A stretch of 64,000 nt of DNA. It comes from Moraxellaceae bacterium. Its GTDB lineage: Bacteria > Pseudomonadota > Gammaproteobacteria > Pseudomonadales > Moraxellaceae. The translations under genes and the position numbers were made by a program. Under the pieces are notes generated by a model. It was not told where the DNA came from and made no database searches. It saw nothing but the letters and a program-made list of their open reading frames with translations. The stretch covers positions 42,420 through 106,419 of the forward strand of contig JAGLBJ010000001.1 of assembly GCA_018260315.1 (NCBI GenBank), given 5' to 3'. Below, in pieces: positions 10,995 through 19,772 of the stretch. Numbering within the stretch: position 1 is the first letter of the stretch; every line of letters begins with the position of its first letter.

Positions 10995-11759
10995 TTAGGT
11001 TAAGCGTCCTTGTAACACAAACTCTGCTGCACGTTCTAGTAAAGCATTGCCCGCTTTAAATTGCTCTTCCGGCACGGGTGAAATATGCTCGGCAGGTTGC
11101 ACAAAAGGGCCTGGGGTTAAATCTTTATAACCATCATCGGCTAAAAATAACGCGGCATTTTCTGGGGTGGTTTCCGGGTGGAATTGAAAACCTAATACTC
11201 GTTCGCCATATTGATACGCCTGATGCGGACAAGCCGTATTTTCAGCTAGCCAAACAGCCCCTTGCGGTAAATCGAACGTATCGCCATGCCAGCTTAACAC
11301 CTTGATTTCTTGAGGAAATTCAAACACTCTAAGGTTCTTTTCGGCCGCAACTGGACGGCCATAGACGGGCCACCAACCAATTTCCTTATGAGCATTGGGT
11401 TTAACGGCTGTCCCCAATGCGCTGGCAATCAATTGCCCACCTAAACATAAGCCCAGCACTGCTCCGCCCGCCTTGATATAATCGGCAATCCATTTTTTTT
11501 CGGTCACTAACCATGGATAATCGGCTTCATCATTTACACTCATGGCGCCCCCCATAATCACCAGCAAATCGACATCTTTTATCGCAGGCAAGGCAGCAAT
11601 GGTCTGACCCTTAGGCACTTTATAAAACGGTGTGGTACTGATAATGGCCTGCTGCCGTTCAAGCCACTGCGCCAAACTCCCCAGACCCTCGCCTTTAATG
11701 TGCTGAAAATAATGAACCCGTAACGGTTTTCCGAGTATTACTAGGGTTAATTCGGTCAT
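10995..11759 (-). CDS. Class-I glutamine amidotransferase-like protein (GuaA N-domain-like, COG0518 type)
   Basis: Catalytic-triad context GLCLGGQ ... FQFHPE. ORF trimmed to MTELTLVILGKPLRVHYFQH because the upstream 22 codons look like non-coding read-through. Confidence 0.75.
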   Translation of the reverse strand: MTELTLVILGKPLRVHYFQHIKGEGLGSLAQWLERQQAIISTTPFYKVPKGQTIAALPAIKDVDLLVIMGGAMSVNDEADYPWLVTEKKWIADYIKAGGAVLGLCLGGQLIASALGTAVKPNAHKEIGWWPVYGRPVAAEKNLRVFEFPQEIKVLSWHGDTFDLPQGAVWLAENTACPHQAYQYGERVLGFQFHPETTPENAALFLADDGYKDLTPGPFVQPAEHISPVPEEQFKAGNALLERAAEFVLQGRLT

Positions 11760-11869
11760 AGTGGGCACCCTTGAAAAAATAAGCAAAATAAAATTGAAGT
11801 GTAAGGTAAACGCAGCGCAAAACATGCTATTTTTAGGCCAAACCCGTATCGAATTGTTAGGATTTATGT

Positions 11870-13087
11870 ATGCCCAGCCGTGTTCTACCCAAAAATGCTT
11901 CTAAACCCCCTTTAACTACACAAACTCACCTAGCACATTTATCTGAGCCTACACCTGGCTTTAAGGCCATAACTGCACCTGTTCACAAGGCATCAACGGT
12001 GATTTTTGAATCGGTTGCAGCGATGCGTGCACATGATTGGCGTAACGATGAAACCTATAGTTATGGCTTACACGGAACCCCGACCACGCAGCAATTACAA
12101 CGCCAATTAGCCCAACTCGAAGGCGGACAGCATTGCACATTGGTGCCCAGTGGATTGGCGGCGATTTCAGTGGTGAATCTGGCCTGTCTAACGTCAGGCG
12201 ATGCGGTGCTGTTGCCCTATAATGTTTATGGTCCGACGCGTGAAATGACCGAACAACTATTAGGCCGCTTTGGGGTTGAAACGATTCTGTATGACCCAGT
12301 CGATTTATCGACTTTTGAGCTGCCGGCACATGCCAAACTGTTATGGATAGAAGCGGCAGGTTCAGTAACATTTGAATTTCCTGACCTGTTGGGTCTGATT
12401 AAACGGGCCAATACCCAGCAGGTTTTAACGGTTTTGGACAATACGTGGGGCGCAGGTCTGGCCTTTAAAGCATTTGATTTACCGGAGCAATTAAAAGTCA
12501 ATATCGTGGTACACGCTCTTACCAAGTATCCGAGCGGTGGGGCCGATGTGCTCATGGGCAGTATTATTACCCAAAGACAAGACCTGCATTTAAAGATTAA
12601 AGCAGCTCGTGCCCAGCTTGGCTTAGGCGTGGCCGCCAATGATGTTGAGCTGATTTTGCGTAGCTTGCCGCATATGCAGTTACGCTATGATGCCCAGGAT
12701 AAAAGTGCTAGACTTCTGGCAGACTGGCTGCAAAATCGGCCTGAAATTGCGCAAGTATTGCACCCGGCCCATACCGATAATGCAGGCTATGCGCATTGGC
12801 GAACGGTTTGTGGGGCAACTCAACGCGCAGCCGGTCTATTTTCAATTATTTTCAAACCACAGTATGCCCAAGGACAAATTGACCGGTTCTGTGAGGACTT
12901 GAATCTTTTTAAATTAGGATTTAGCTGGGGTGGGCCGGTCAGTCTGGTCATGCCGTACGATCTGACAGAAATGCGCAATCCTATGCCATCTTATTTAACG
13001 ACAGGCTGTTTGGTACGGCTGTGTATTGGTCTGGAAGATACGCACGATTTACAGAACGATTTGACGCAGGCTTTAAGGATGCTCTAG
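11870..13087 (+). CDS. metC: Cystathionine beta-lyase (PLP-dependent)
   Basis: 405 aa. Colinear with E. coli MetC as I remember it: DNTWGAGLAFKAFD, HALTKYPSGGADVLMG (PLP lysine), FSWGGPVSL, RLCIGLEDTHDL. Confidence 0.85.
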   Translation: MPSRVLPKNASKPPLTTQTHLAHLSEPTPGFKAITAPVHKASTVIFESVAAMRAHDWRNDETYSYGLHGTPTTQQLQRQLAQLEGGQHCTLVPSGLAAISVVNLACLTSGDAVLLPYNVYGPTREMTEQLLGRFGVETILYDPVDLSTFELPAHAKLLWIEAAGSVTFEFPDLLGLIKRANTQQVLTVLDNTWGAGLAFKAFDLPEQLKVNIVVHALTKYPSGGADVLMGSIITQRQDLHLKIKAARAQLGLGVAANDVELILRSLPHMQLRYDAQDKSARLLADWLQNRPEIAQVLHPAHTDNAGYAHWRTVCGATQRAAGLFSIIFKPQYAQGQIDRFCEDLNLFKLGFSWGGPVSLVMPYDLTEMRNPMPSYLTTGCLVRLCIGLEDTHDLQNDLTQALRML

Positions 13088-13188
13088 CCCTTTAGAGTGG
13101 ATTTTTTTGGTCGATTTAAAGCGTTTTAAACACGTTCAAACACTATCGCTCAACCCAATCAAAACCAACCACCCCCAGGAGTAACCTG

Positions 13189-13563
13189 ATGAAACCCTAT
13201 AGCCTTATCGGAGTGTTCATGCTCTGCGGATTATCGGGATTAAGTCATGCCGATGTATTACGTGATGGCGGAACCGAGCATATGTACTGCTCATATAAAG
13301 GCAAAATAGCCAGCCGTCCTTGCTTGGTGCATGTTGATTATGTGCCTATTCATGCATCACACATGTTAAAAACTATACAGATTAACTGGCCCGATGGCGA
13401 CGAATCCTTTTATACATGGAACTGTTTTCAAAATGAATGTACCTTGACTAAAAGTAGTGAGCGTGGTGGCTGGGCAAACTATACCGCTCAGCGTTACATA
13501 GGAGGCTATGTGATTCGACGCAACGGCCGCGAGTGGGTACGGCTGCACTATGGCCAAAACTGA
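13189..13563 (+). CDS. Hypothetical small secreted protein
   Basis: 124 aa. AGGAG Shine-Dalgarno. N-terminal signal peptide MKPYSLIGVFMLCGLSGLSHA. No family recognised. Confidence 0.6.
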   Translation: MKPYSLIGVFMLCGLSGLSHADVLRDGGTEHMYCSYKGKIASRPCLVHVDYVPIHASHMLKTIQINWPDGDESFYTWNCFQNECTLTKSSERGGWANYTAQRYIGGYVIRRNGREWVRLHYGQN

Positions 13564-13621
13564 CCTGATTCATTAAAGGTAGATGTATTGATGTTTTGCT
13601 TCTTTTTATTGATAAAACGCC

Positions 13622-14536
13622 ATGATTAAACGTTCAATTCATACCTTATCAATACTCTATATCTTACAAGGGTCATTTTTTAAACGATTATGGCTGCCGT
13701 TGTTGTTGCAGTTTTTATTTTCAAGTCTGGTTTATTATTATCAAACCCATTTTTTTGATTATCAAGTGCCGCTTAGTGCCTCCGTGTTTACGCTGCCGGG
13801 TATTGCCTTGGCGATTTTCCACGGCTTTTGCAATAATACTGCTTATGATCGTTATTGGGAAGGACGCAAGCTATGGGGTACACTGATTTGGCAAAGCCGT
13901 AATATCGCGCGACAAGTATTGAATTTATCGCAAGTCCCGCTTTTGGAAAAGCAAGCCTTTATCCGTCTGGTTATTGCCTTTGCGCACAGTTTGCGTCATC
14001 AGTTGCGCTATGAGGATCCTTATGGCAGCATGCAGCGCATTCTAACGCCAACACAATATGCAGCAGTTGTTCAACACCCTTTTTTAGGCCTGCAATTAAG
14101 TCAAACCATGGGCACGCACCTGGCTGACTGGCAGCAGCAAGGTTTGATAAACGGCTGGGAATGGCAAACCATTGATGCCACCGTAAGAGAAATTGCTTAC
14201 GTTCAGTCAGCTTGTGAACGCATTGCCAACACGCCCATTCCATTTGCTTATTTCGTCTTGCTGCATCGCACTGTATATTTGTATTGTTTTTTATTGCCGT
14301 TTGGACTGGGAACTACCATTGGCTGGGTGACGCCGATCATGGCAACCTTTGTCAGCTACACCTTTATGGCCCTTAATGAAATCGTTGATGAGATTAGCGA
14401 ACCGTTTGGCACCGCAGAAAATGACCTGCCCCTAACGATGCTTAGCGATACGATTGAAACTCAACTGGCCCTGTTAAGTCAGCAAACCTTTACGCCTGAA
14501 ATACGAGCGAAACTGCCGGCCAACATTATTCAATAA
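13622..14536 (+). CDS. Bestrophin-family (UPF0187/YneE-like) anion channel
   Basis: 304 aa. The family-typical segment AYDRYWEGRKLWG follows two N-terminal TM helices, and more TM helices lie near residue 200. Confidence 0.7.
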   Translation: MIKRSIHTLSILYILQGSFFKRLWLPLLLQFLFSSLVYYYQTHFFDYQVPLSASVFTLPGIALAIFHGFCNNTAYDRYWEGRKLWGTLIWQSRNIARQVLNLSQVPLLEKQAFIRLVIAFAHSLRHQLRYEDPYGSMQRILTPTQYAAVVQHPFLGLQLSQTMGTHLADWQQQGLINGWEWQTIDATVREIAYVQSACERIANTPIPFAYFVLLHRTVYLYCFLLPFGLGTTIGWVTPIMATFVSYTFMALNEIVDEISEPFGTAENDLPLTMLSDTIETQLALLSQQTFTPEIRAKLPANIIQ

Positions 14537-14716
14537 CCCACTTTAAAAAACATTGCAATAAGCGCATCAAACCGATTAAAAACTTGCCAATTCACCAACT
14601 TCACCTAACGATTTCATCTATTTTAAAAACATTTTTACAATGCGCACTTTGTCTTCATTATTTTGTAACAATAAACAGGTTCAATAGCCTATCAATGTAA
14701 AATTCTAGGACCCTCT

Positions 14717-16543
14717 ATGCACCCTTTTAATACAACTAAAACTCGTTTGACGCTGGCTTTGAGTGCCAGTTTATTTGCACTTGCTGCCTGTGGCGGCGGG
14801 GATAGTTCAGCCCCTGTCATCACTTCAACGCCTATTGCTCCGGTCAATGTACGCATCATTGCCACCAACGATTTTCATGGCAATATTGATGCACCTGCCG
14901 CAACCAATGGCGGAACAGTGGTTTTAGCCAGTTCAACCAATGCAGCCGGTGTACCTGTTCGTGCCGGTGGTGCTGCTTACTTGGCAACGTTGGTTAAACA
15001 GCTTAAAGCGGCTAATCCTAATAATATCGTGGTCGGTGCCGGTGATATTGTCAGTGCAGCGCCAGTCACGCCTACATTGACGCACCAGGAAGCCGCGATT
15101 GATGTCATGAATCAAATTGGCCTAGAAGTCAGTTCGGTGGGTAACCATGAATTTGACCAAGGCATGACCGAATTAAACCGTTGGCAGAATGGCGGCTGTT
15201 ACCCCGGCGGTACCATTGGTGTTGATACCTGTTTACAAAACGGTACCTTTACAGGGGCTAAATGGAAATACTTATCGGCCAACGTCGTTGATGCGACCGG
15301 CAAAACGATATTGCCGGGCACCTACATCAAAACTTTTGGTGATGTACGTGTAGGCTTTATCGGTTTAACCTTAAAAGGTACCCCAAGCGTTGTCAGTGCA
15401 ACCGGTGTTAAGGGTCTGACCTTTTTAGATGAAGTCAGTACGATTAATACAACGGCCGCTGCGCTTAAAAAATCGGGCGTTGAAGCGATTGTCGTCCTGA
15501 TTCACCAAGGCGGTCAAAGTACAGCCTCCTTGTTTAACGATAAAACCTGCCCGGGCTTTAACGGTGAAATTGCCCCCATCGTTGATGGGTTATCTAAAGA
15601 CGTTGACGTGATTGTGAGTGGTCATACGCATCAGGAATATGTCTGTAGCCGCAACGGCAAGTTGTTAACACAAACCGGTTTCTATGGTAATGCGTTGACT
15701 GCTATCGATTTAACCATTCAGCCGGGTGTTGGCGTGACGGCCAAAAAAGCGGATAATGTACCGGTTATCAATGATTTAAATACGGCCTTGCCCAGCAATT
15801 TAACGGCCTTAGCGCCCGATAGCGCAATTGCCGGTTTGGTTAAATTCTACAATGATAAGACGGCTGCCATTCAAAACCTGCCAGTCGGCACTATCACTGC
15901 ACCGATTATGCGTGCCCTGTTCCCCAACACTACCAACCGTGATGAAACGGCTGAAGGTGCAATGGGTGACGTGATGGCTGACGTCTATTTAAATGGTGGC
16001 CCGCAAGCCGATTTTGCGTTTGTAAATCCGGGCGGCGTACGAGCCGATTTACCCTATAACGCCCATGGCGTGCCGGGTCAAATTACCTATGGCGACTTGT
16101 TGACGGTCGCACCGTTCGGAAATACGCTGGTAACCGTTGATATGACTGTTCCGCAAATTGTTCGTCTACTGGAAAACCAATGGGAAGCGCCAAACTGTGC
16201 TGCCAAAACCGGTGCAAATGGCTGTGGTCGCCTGTTGCAGCCTAGTGCCAACTTTACCTACACATGGGATAACAGCAAACCTGCCGGTGCGCCTGTGGGC
16301 CAAGGTGCGCGCGTTGTGGTGAGTTCGATTAAATTAAACGGTCAGCCACTGGACAGCACCAAAACCTATCGCATTACGTTTAATAGCTTCATGGCACCAG
16401 GACCGGGCGATAACTTTACGGCGGTTACGTCAGGGACTAATGTTAAAGACAGTCAGGTTAAGGATATTGATGCATTGGTTAGTTATGTTAAAGCACACCC
16501 TAACCTTGCACCGCCTGCACCCCGTGTAACTCGTATTAACTAA
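14717..16543 (+). CDS. Lipoprotein bifunctional metallophosphatase / 5'-nucleotidase
   Basis: 608 aa. Lipobox LFALAAC. Calcineurin-like motifs NDFHG, GDIVSA, GNHEFD, HQGG, SGHTH, followed by a 5'-nucleotidase C-terminal domain. Confidence 0.85.
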   Translation: MHPFNTTKTRLTLALSASLFALAACGGGDSSAPVITSTPIAPVNVRIIATNDFHGNIDAPAATNGGTVVLASSTNAAGVPVRAGGAAYLATLVKQLKAANPNNIVVGAGDIVSAAPVTPTLTHQEAAIDVMNQIGLEVSSVGNHEFDQGMTELNRWQNGGCYPGGTIGVDTCLQNGTFTGAKWKYLSANVVDATGKTILPGTYIKTFGDVRVGFIGLTLKGTPSVVSATGVKGLTFLDEVSTINTTAAALKKSGVEAIVVLIHQGGQSTASLFNDKTCPGFNGEIAPIVDGLSKDVDVIVSGHTHQEYVCSRNGKLLTQTGFYGNALTAIDLTIQPGVGVTAKKADNVPVINDLNTALPSNLTALAPDSAIAGLVKFYNDKTAAIQNLPVGTITAPIMRALFPNTTNRDETAEGAMGDVMADVYLNGGPQADFAFVNPGGVRADLPYNAHGVPGQITYGDLLTVAPFGNTLVTVDMTVPQIVRLLENQWEAPNCAAKTGANGCGRLLQPSANFTYTWDNSKPAGAPVGQGARVVVSSIKLNGQPLDSTKTYRITFNSFMAPGPGDNFTAVTSGTNVKDSQVKDIDALVSYVKAHPNLAPPAPRVTRIN

Positions 16544-17181
16544 TGACCAATTTACCCGTTACGTCTGCAAAATCGCGTCAGTCCTTTGGGCCTGGGGCGA
16601 TGGCATTCTATTTGATGGTGATTATTGGCTTAGGGGTAGGATTAGCGCTCTGGTTAAACCATCATGCTCAATCTCAAGCCGCCCCTGTGCCTTTAGCCGC
16701 TCGATCCGAAGTGAGTGCTTCGAATTATTCGGCTATTATTCCCGATCAGAGCCATTCATCAATCTCTGCTGCTCTTCGTATTCAGATTCAAGACGGTATA
16801 GAAACAGGACGCGCACAGTGTTTTCATTTAATTCACCACGATACGTTACCGTATGAACAATGCCTTAAAACCTTAATTGACCAAACGCAGGCTTTATCTG
16901 CCAGGCGTTTGGGTTTAAGTTATTTTGGCTGGGTCGGCGCGATGAATTCGGTTCGTGTCGGAATGCGCGGTGCAGATGTGACCGCATGGTATATGCAGCA
17001 AACGTTTTTACCGATACAGCACCACTTGAACATCAGTGATGCTGCATTGTGTGCCATGATTGATGGAAACTGTACGGTTCGAATCGCGCAACTTAAACAA
17101 CAACTGGCCGCCTCTAAACCGACTCCTGCCCAATTAGATGAAAACGGCGAAGATGGTGACCATCATGCGCAGTGGAATTGA
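16543..17181 (+). CDS. Hypothetical single-pass membrane protein, translationally coupled to the 5'-nucleotidase
   Basis: 212 aa. The ATG shares one nucleotide with the upstream TAA (TAATG). One TM helix (AMAFYLMVIIGLGVGLALWL). No family recognised. Confidence 0.6.
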   Translation: MTNLPVTSAKSRQSFGPGAMAFYLMVIIGLGVGLALWLNHHAQSQAAPVPLAARSEVSASNYSAIIPDQSHSSISAALRIQIQDGIETGRAQCFHLIHHDTLPYEQCLKTLIDQTQALSARRLGLSYFGWVGAMNSVRVGMRGADVTAWYMQQTFLPIQHHLNISDAALCAMIDGNCTVRIAQLKQQLAASKPTPAQLDENGEDGDHHAQWN

Positions 17182-17221
17182 TAACGGGCAGTTTGAAAAG
17201 TTAGAGTGATGAATTACTACG

Positions 17222-17249
17222 AAGGAAGCAATCTCAGGGTTGCTTCCTT
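17222..17249. terminator. Hairpin between convergent genes (candidate bidirectional terminator)
   Basis: aaggaagcaa (17222..17231) and ttgcttcctt (17240..17249) form a perfect 10-bp stem with an 8-nt loop. Confidence 0.5.
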
Positions 17250-17282
17250 AACTGCTCATGTTTGTTCTTAACTAATAATTAG

Positions 17283-18923
17283 CTAAACCGGTTTGCCAGC
17301 TTTAGCTCGTTGAACTGCGCCCAGTAATGCTCCAATGGCTGCATAAGTCGTATCTTGCGCCAAGCCTGCGGCAAATACGCTTTTTTGTTCATGCTCAATT
17401 TCAATAAACGCCAGTGCCTGTGCATCGGTATCAGTACCCAGACTCTGCTCGCTAAAACTTAAAATTTTTACACCCCCTACAGCCTGTGCAACTGCTGCCA
17501 GTAAACCTTGTCCGATGCCCATTAGCTTTTGATTTGCCAACACCATTTGCACCTGAACCCCCTGCGCATCTGTTGCAACCGTATAGGTCACTTCAGGGCC
17601 CTGATTGACATACGTTGCCTGAAAATACTGCCAAACTTCTGCTGCACTAACCTCACAGGCAGTGGTATCAACGTGTTGCTGAATGATTTTTGAAAATTCA
17701 AGCAACCATTTGCGCGGCAAAGTTATGCCATACTGCTGCTCAAGCAAAAATGCGATTCCGCCTTTACCTGACTGACTGTTGACTCGGATAATATCCTGAT
17801 AGGTACGCCCGATATCAGCCGGGTCAATGGGTAGATACGGTACCTGCCACAATCCGATGGTCGGCTGGGCAGCACGTTTGGCAAATCCCTTACGAATGGC
17901 ATCTTGGTGCGAGCCTGAAAACGCCGTATGAACCATGTCGCCTACATACGGATGGCGCGGATGAATTGGCAAGCCGGTACACTGGGTCACACATTGCGCG
18001 GTTTTATCAATTTGGCCAAAATCCAGGCCACAATCAATACCTTGCGTATGTAAATTTAATGCCAACGTCACTAAATCGACATTGCCGCTACGTTCACCAT
18101 TACCAAACAAGCACCCCTCTACTCGTTGCGCGCCTGCCAATTGCGCCAGCTCTGCCGCAGCGACCCCCGTGCCCCGGTCATTATGCGTATGTACCGACAA
18201 AATAAGATGCTCACGCGGCGTTAAATGCGTATTCATCCATTCAATCTGGTCAGCAAAGATGTTCGGTGTCGCGTTTTCAACCGTCGTAGGCAAGTTAATA
18301 ATGACCGGACGCTGTGCCGACACCTCCCATGCCTGCAACGCCGCCTGACACGCTGCCAAAGCAAACGGCAATTCGGTCGAGCTAAAGGTCTCAGGCGAAT
18401 ACTGTAAAATCCACTGCGTTTGGGGTTGCTGGTCCGTTAACTGTTTTAAATACGTCACCTGTTCGGCAATCAGATTTAACACGGCATCAGTCGTCATGTT
18501 AAATACCGTATCGCGCCAGACGGGAGCCGTCGCATTATACAAATGAATGATGACGCGCGGCGCACCGGTCACAGCCTGTACGGTTCGCTCAATTAAATCC
18601 TTGCGCATTTGGCACATGACCATCACTGTCACGTTACACGGCACGCGGTTTTTTTCAATCAATTGACGGGTGAAATCAAAGTCAATCTGTGATGCCGCCG
18701 GAAAACCCACTTCTATTTCACGCAAGCCCACCCGCACCAGTTCATCAAACAAACGTTGCTTGGTTTCAATACGCATTGGTTCAAATAAGGCCTGATTGCC
18801 ATCGCGTAAATCGGTGCTTAACCATATCGGCGCGTGGGTGATAGTGCGGCTCGGCCATTGTCGCTGCGGCAATTCAATGGGCGCTGTGGCGGTATATTTA
18901 TGCGGCTTAAAAAAGGACGTCAT
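17283..18923 (-). CDS. leuA: 2-isopropylmalate synthase (long LeuA form)
   Basis: 546 aa. LPQRQWPSRTITHAPIWLSTDLRDGNQAL and HTHNDRGTGVA are LeuA signatures. Has the C-terminal regulatory domain. Confidence 0.9.
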   Translation of the reverse strand: MTSFFKPHKYTATAPIELPQRQWPSRTITHAPIWLSTDLRDGNQALFEPMRIETKQRLFDELVRVGLREIEVGFPAASQIDFDFTRQLIEKNRVPCNVTVMVMCQMRKDLIERTVQAVTGAPRVIIHLYNATAPVWRDTVFNMTTDAVLNLIAEQVTYLKQLTDQQPQTQWILQYSPETFSSTELPFALAACQAALQAWEVSAQRPVIINLPTTVENATPNIFADQIEWMNTHLTPREHLILSVHTHNDRGTGVAAAELAQLAGAQRVEGCLFGNGERSGNVDLVTLALNLHTQGIDCGLDFGQIDKTAQCVTQCTGLPIHPRHPYVGDMVHTAFSGSHQDAIRKGFAKRAAQPTIGLWQVPYLPIDPADIGRTYQDIIRVNSQSGKGGIAFLLEQQYGITLPRKWLLEFSKIIQQHVDTTACEVSAAEVWQYFQATYVNQGPEVTYTVATDAQGVQVQMVLANQKLMGIGQGLLAAVAQAVGGVKILSFSEQSLGTDTDAQALAFIEIEHEQKSVFAAGLAQDTTYAAIGALLGAVQRAKAGKPV

Positions 18924-19103
18924 GAGGCAATACTACTCTCTCAGTGAAAAAGCTAGAATAGCAAAATGCATACGCCATTAAATTGCAAATAATGTCCTAT
19001 TTTTCATGGATTCTGGCATAATAGGCCAAATAGATTGATTTATTAAAATATTCTGCCAAAATTGAGTCTTAGCATGATTTTTATTTATTTTAGGAGACAA
19101 TAA

Positions 19104-19583
19104 ATGTCGGCTTGTTTAACATTAGACCGATTTGATTATCACATTTTAGATATCTTGCAAACCCAAGGCCGTATCAGCAATCAGGAGCTAGCCGAGCAAG
19201 TGGGCTTGTCGCCATCGCCCTGTCTGCGCCGAGTTAAGGCTTTAGAGCAGGCGGGCTGGATTACCGGCTACAGTGCCCAGTTAAATGCTGAAGCGCTTGG
19301 TCTGACGTTGATGGCACTGGTGCAGATTGGCATGGACGAACACACCCCTGAACGGTTTGCAGGCTTTAATGCAGCCGTAATTCTATTGCCGGAAGTGGTC
19401 GAATGTTTATTGATTACCGGGCAACAAGCCGATTATCAACTTAAAGTCATTGTTAAGGATTTAAAAGCCTATCACGATTTTTTATTGAATAAAATTAACC
19501 GCATAACGGGCGTGACCACGGTTCATTCTAGCTTTGTGTTGGAACGGGTCCTTGATACAACGCGCTTACCATTATTAAAATAA
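19104..19583 (+). CDS. Lrp/AsnC-family transcriptional regulator
   Basis: 159 aa. LDRFDYHILDILQTQGRISNQELAEQVGLSPSPCLRRVKALEQAGWI is the AsnC-type HTH, followed by a RAM domain. Divergent from leuA. Confidence 0.88.
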   Translation: MSACLTLDRFDYHILDILQTQGRISNQELAEQVGLSPSPCLRRVKALEQAGWITGYSAQLNAEALGLTLMALVQIGMDEHTPERFAGFNAAVILLPEVVECLLITGQQADYQLKVIVKDLKAYHDFLLNKINRITGVTTVHSSFVLERVLDTTRLPLLK

Positions 19584-19662
19584 TCACTATTAGATAATCA
19601 CTATTAGATAATCACTATTAGATAATCACTATTAGATAATCACTATTAGATAATCACTATAT
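19581..19662. repeat. 14-bp tandem repeat (taatcactattaga, 5 full copies plus a partial sixth)
   Basis: Read directly. Units start at 19581, 19595, 19609, 19623, 19637 and 19651 (partial). The first unit contains the TAA stop of the Lrp-family gene. Confidence 0.95.
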
Positions 19663-19682
19663 TGATTTAATGTTCACATAAA

Positions 19683-19720
19683 AAACCATTTACGCGCCAG
19701 TATTGCAGCGTAAATGGTTT
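19683..19720. terminator. Bidirectional intrinsic terminator between the Lrp-family gene and ftsZ
   Basis: aaaccatttacgc (19683..19695) and gcgtaaatggttt (19708..19720) form a perfect 13-bp stem with a 12-nt loop. An A-run lies upstream and a T-rich stretch downstream. Confidence 0.75.
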
Positions 19721-19772
19721 GTTCATAATATCACTTGTTGACTACAAGACCTCAATGAATCCTTTAATTCGC

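Noticed and set aside
11961-12639. Two minus-strand ORFs of 136 and 137 aa
   Set aside because: Both are antisense to metC, which aligns end-to-end with the cystathionine beta-lyase pattern.
19581-19662. Possible CRISPR array
   Set aside because: The units are only 14 bp and directly abutting, with no spacers and no cas genes nearby. It is a simple tandem repeat.
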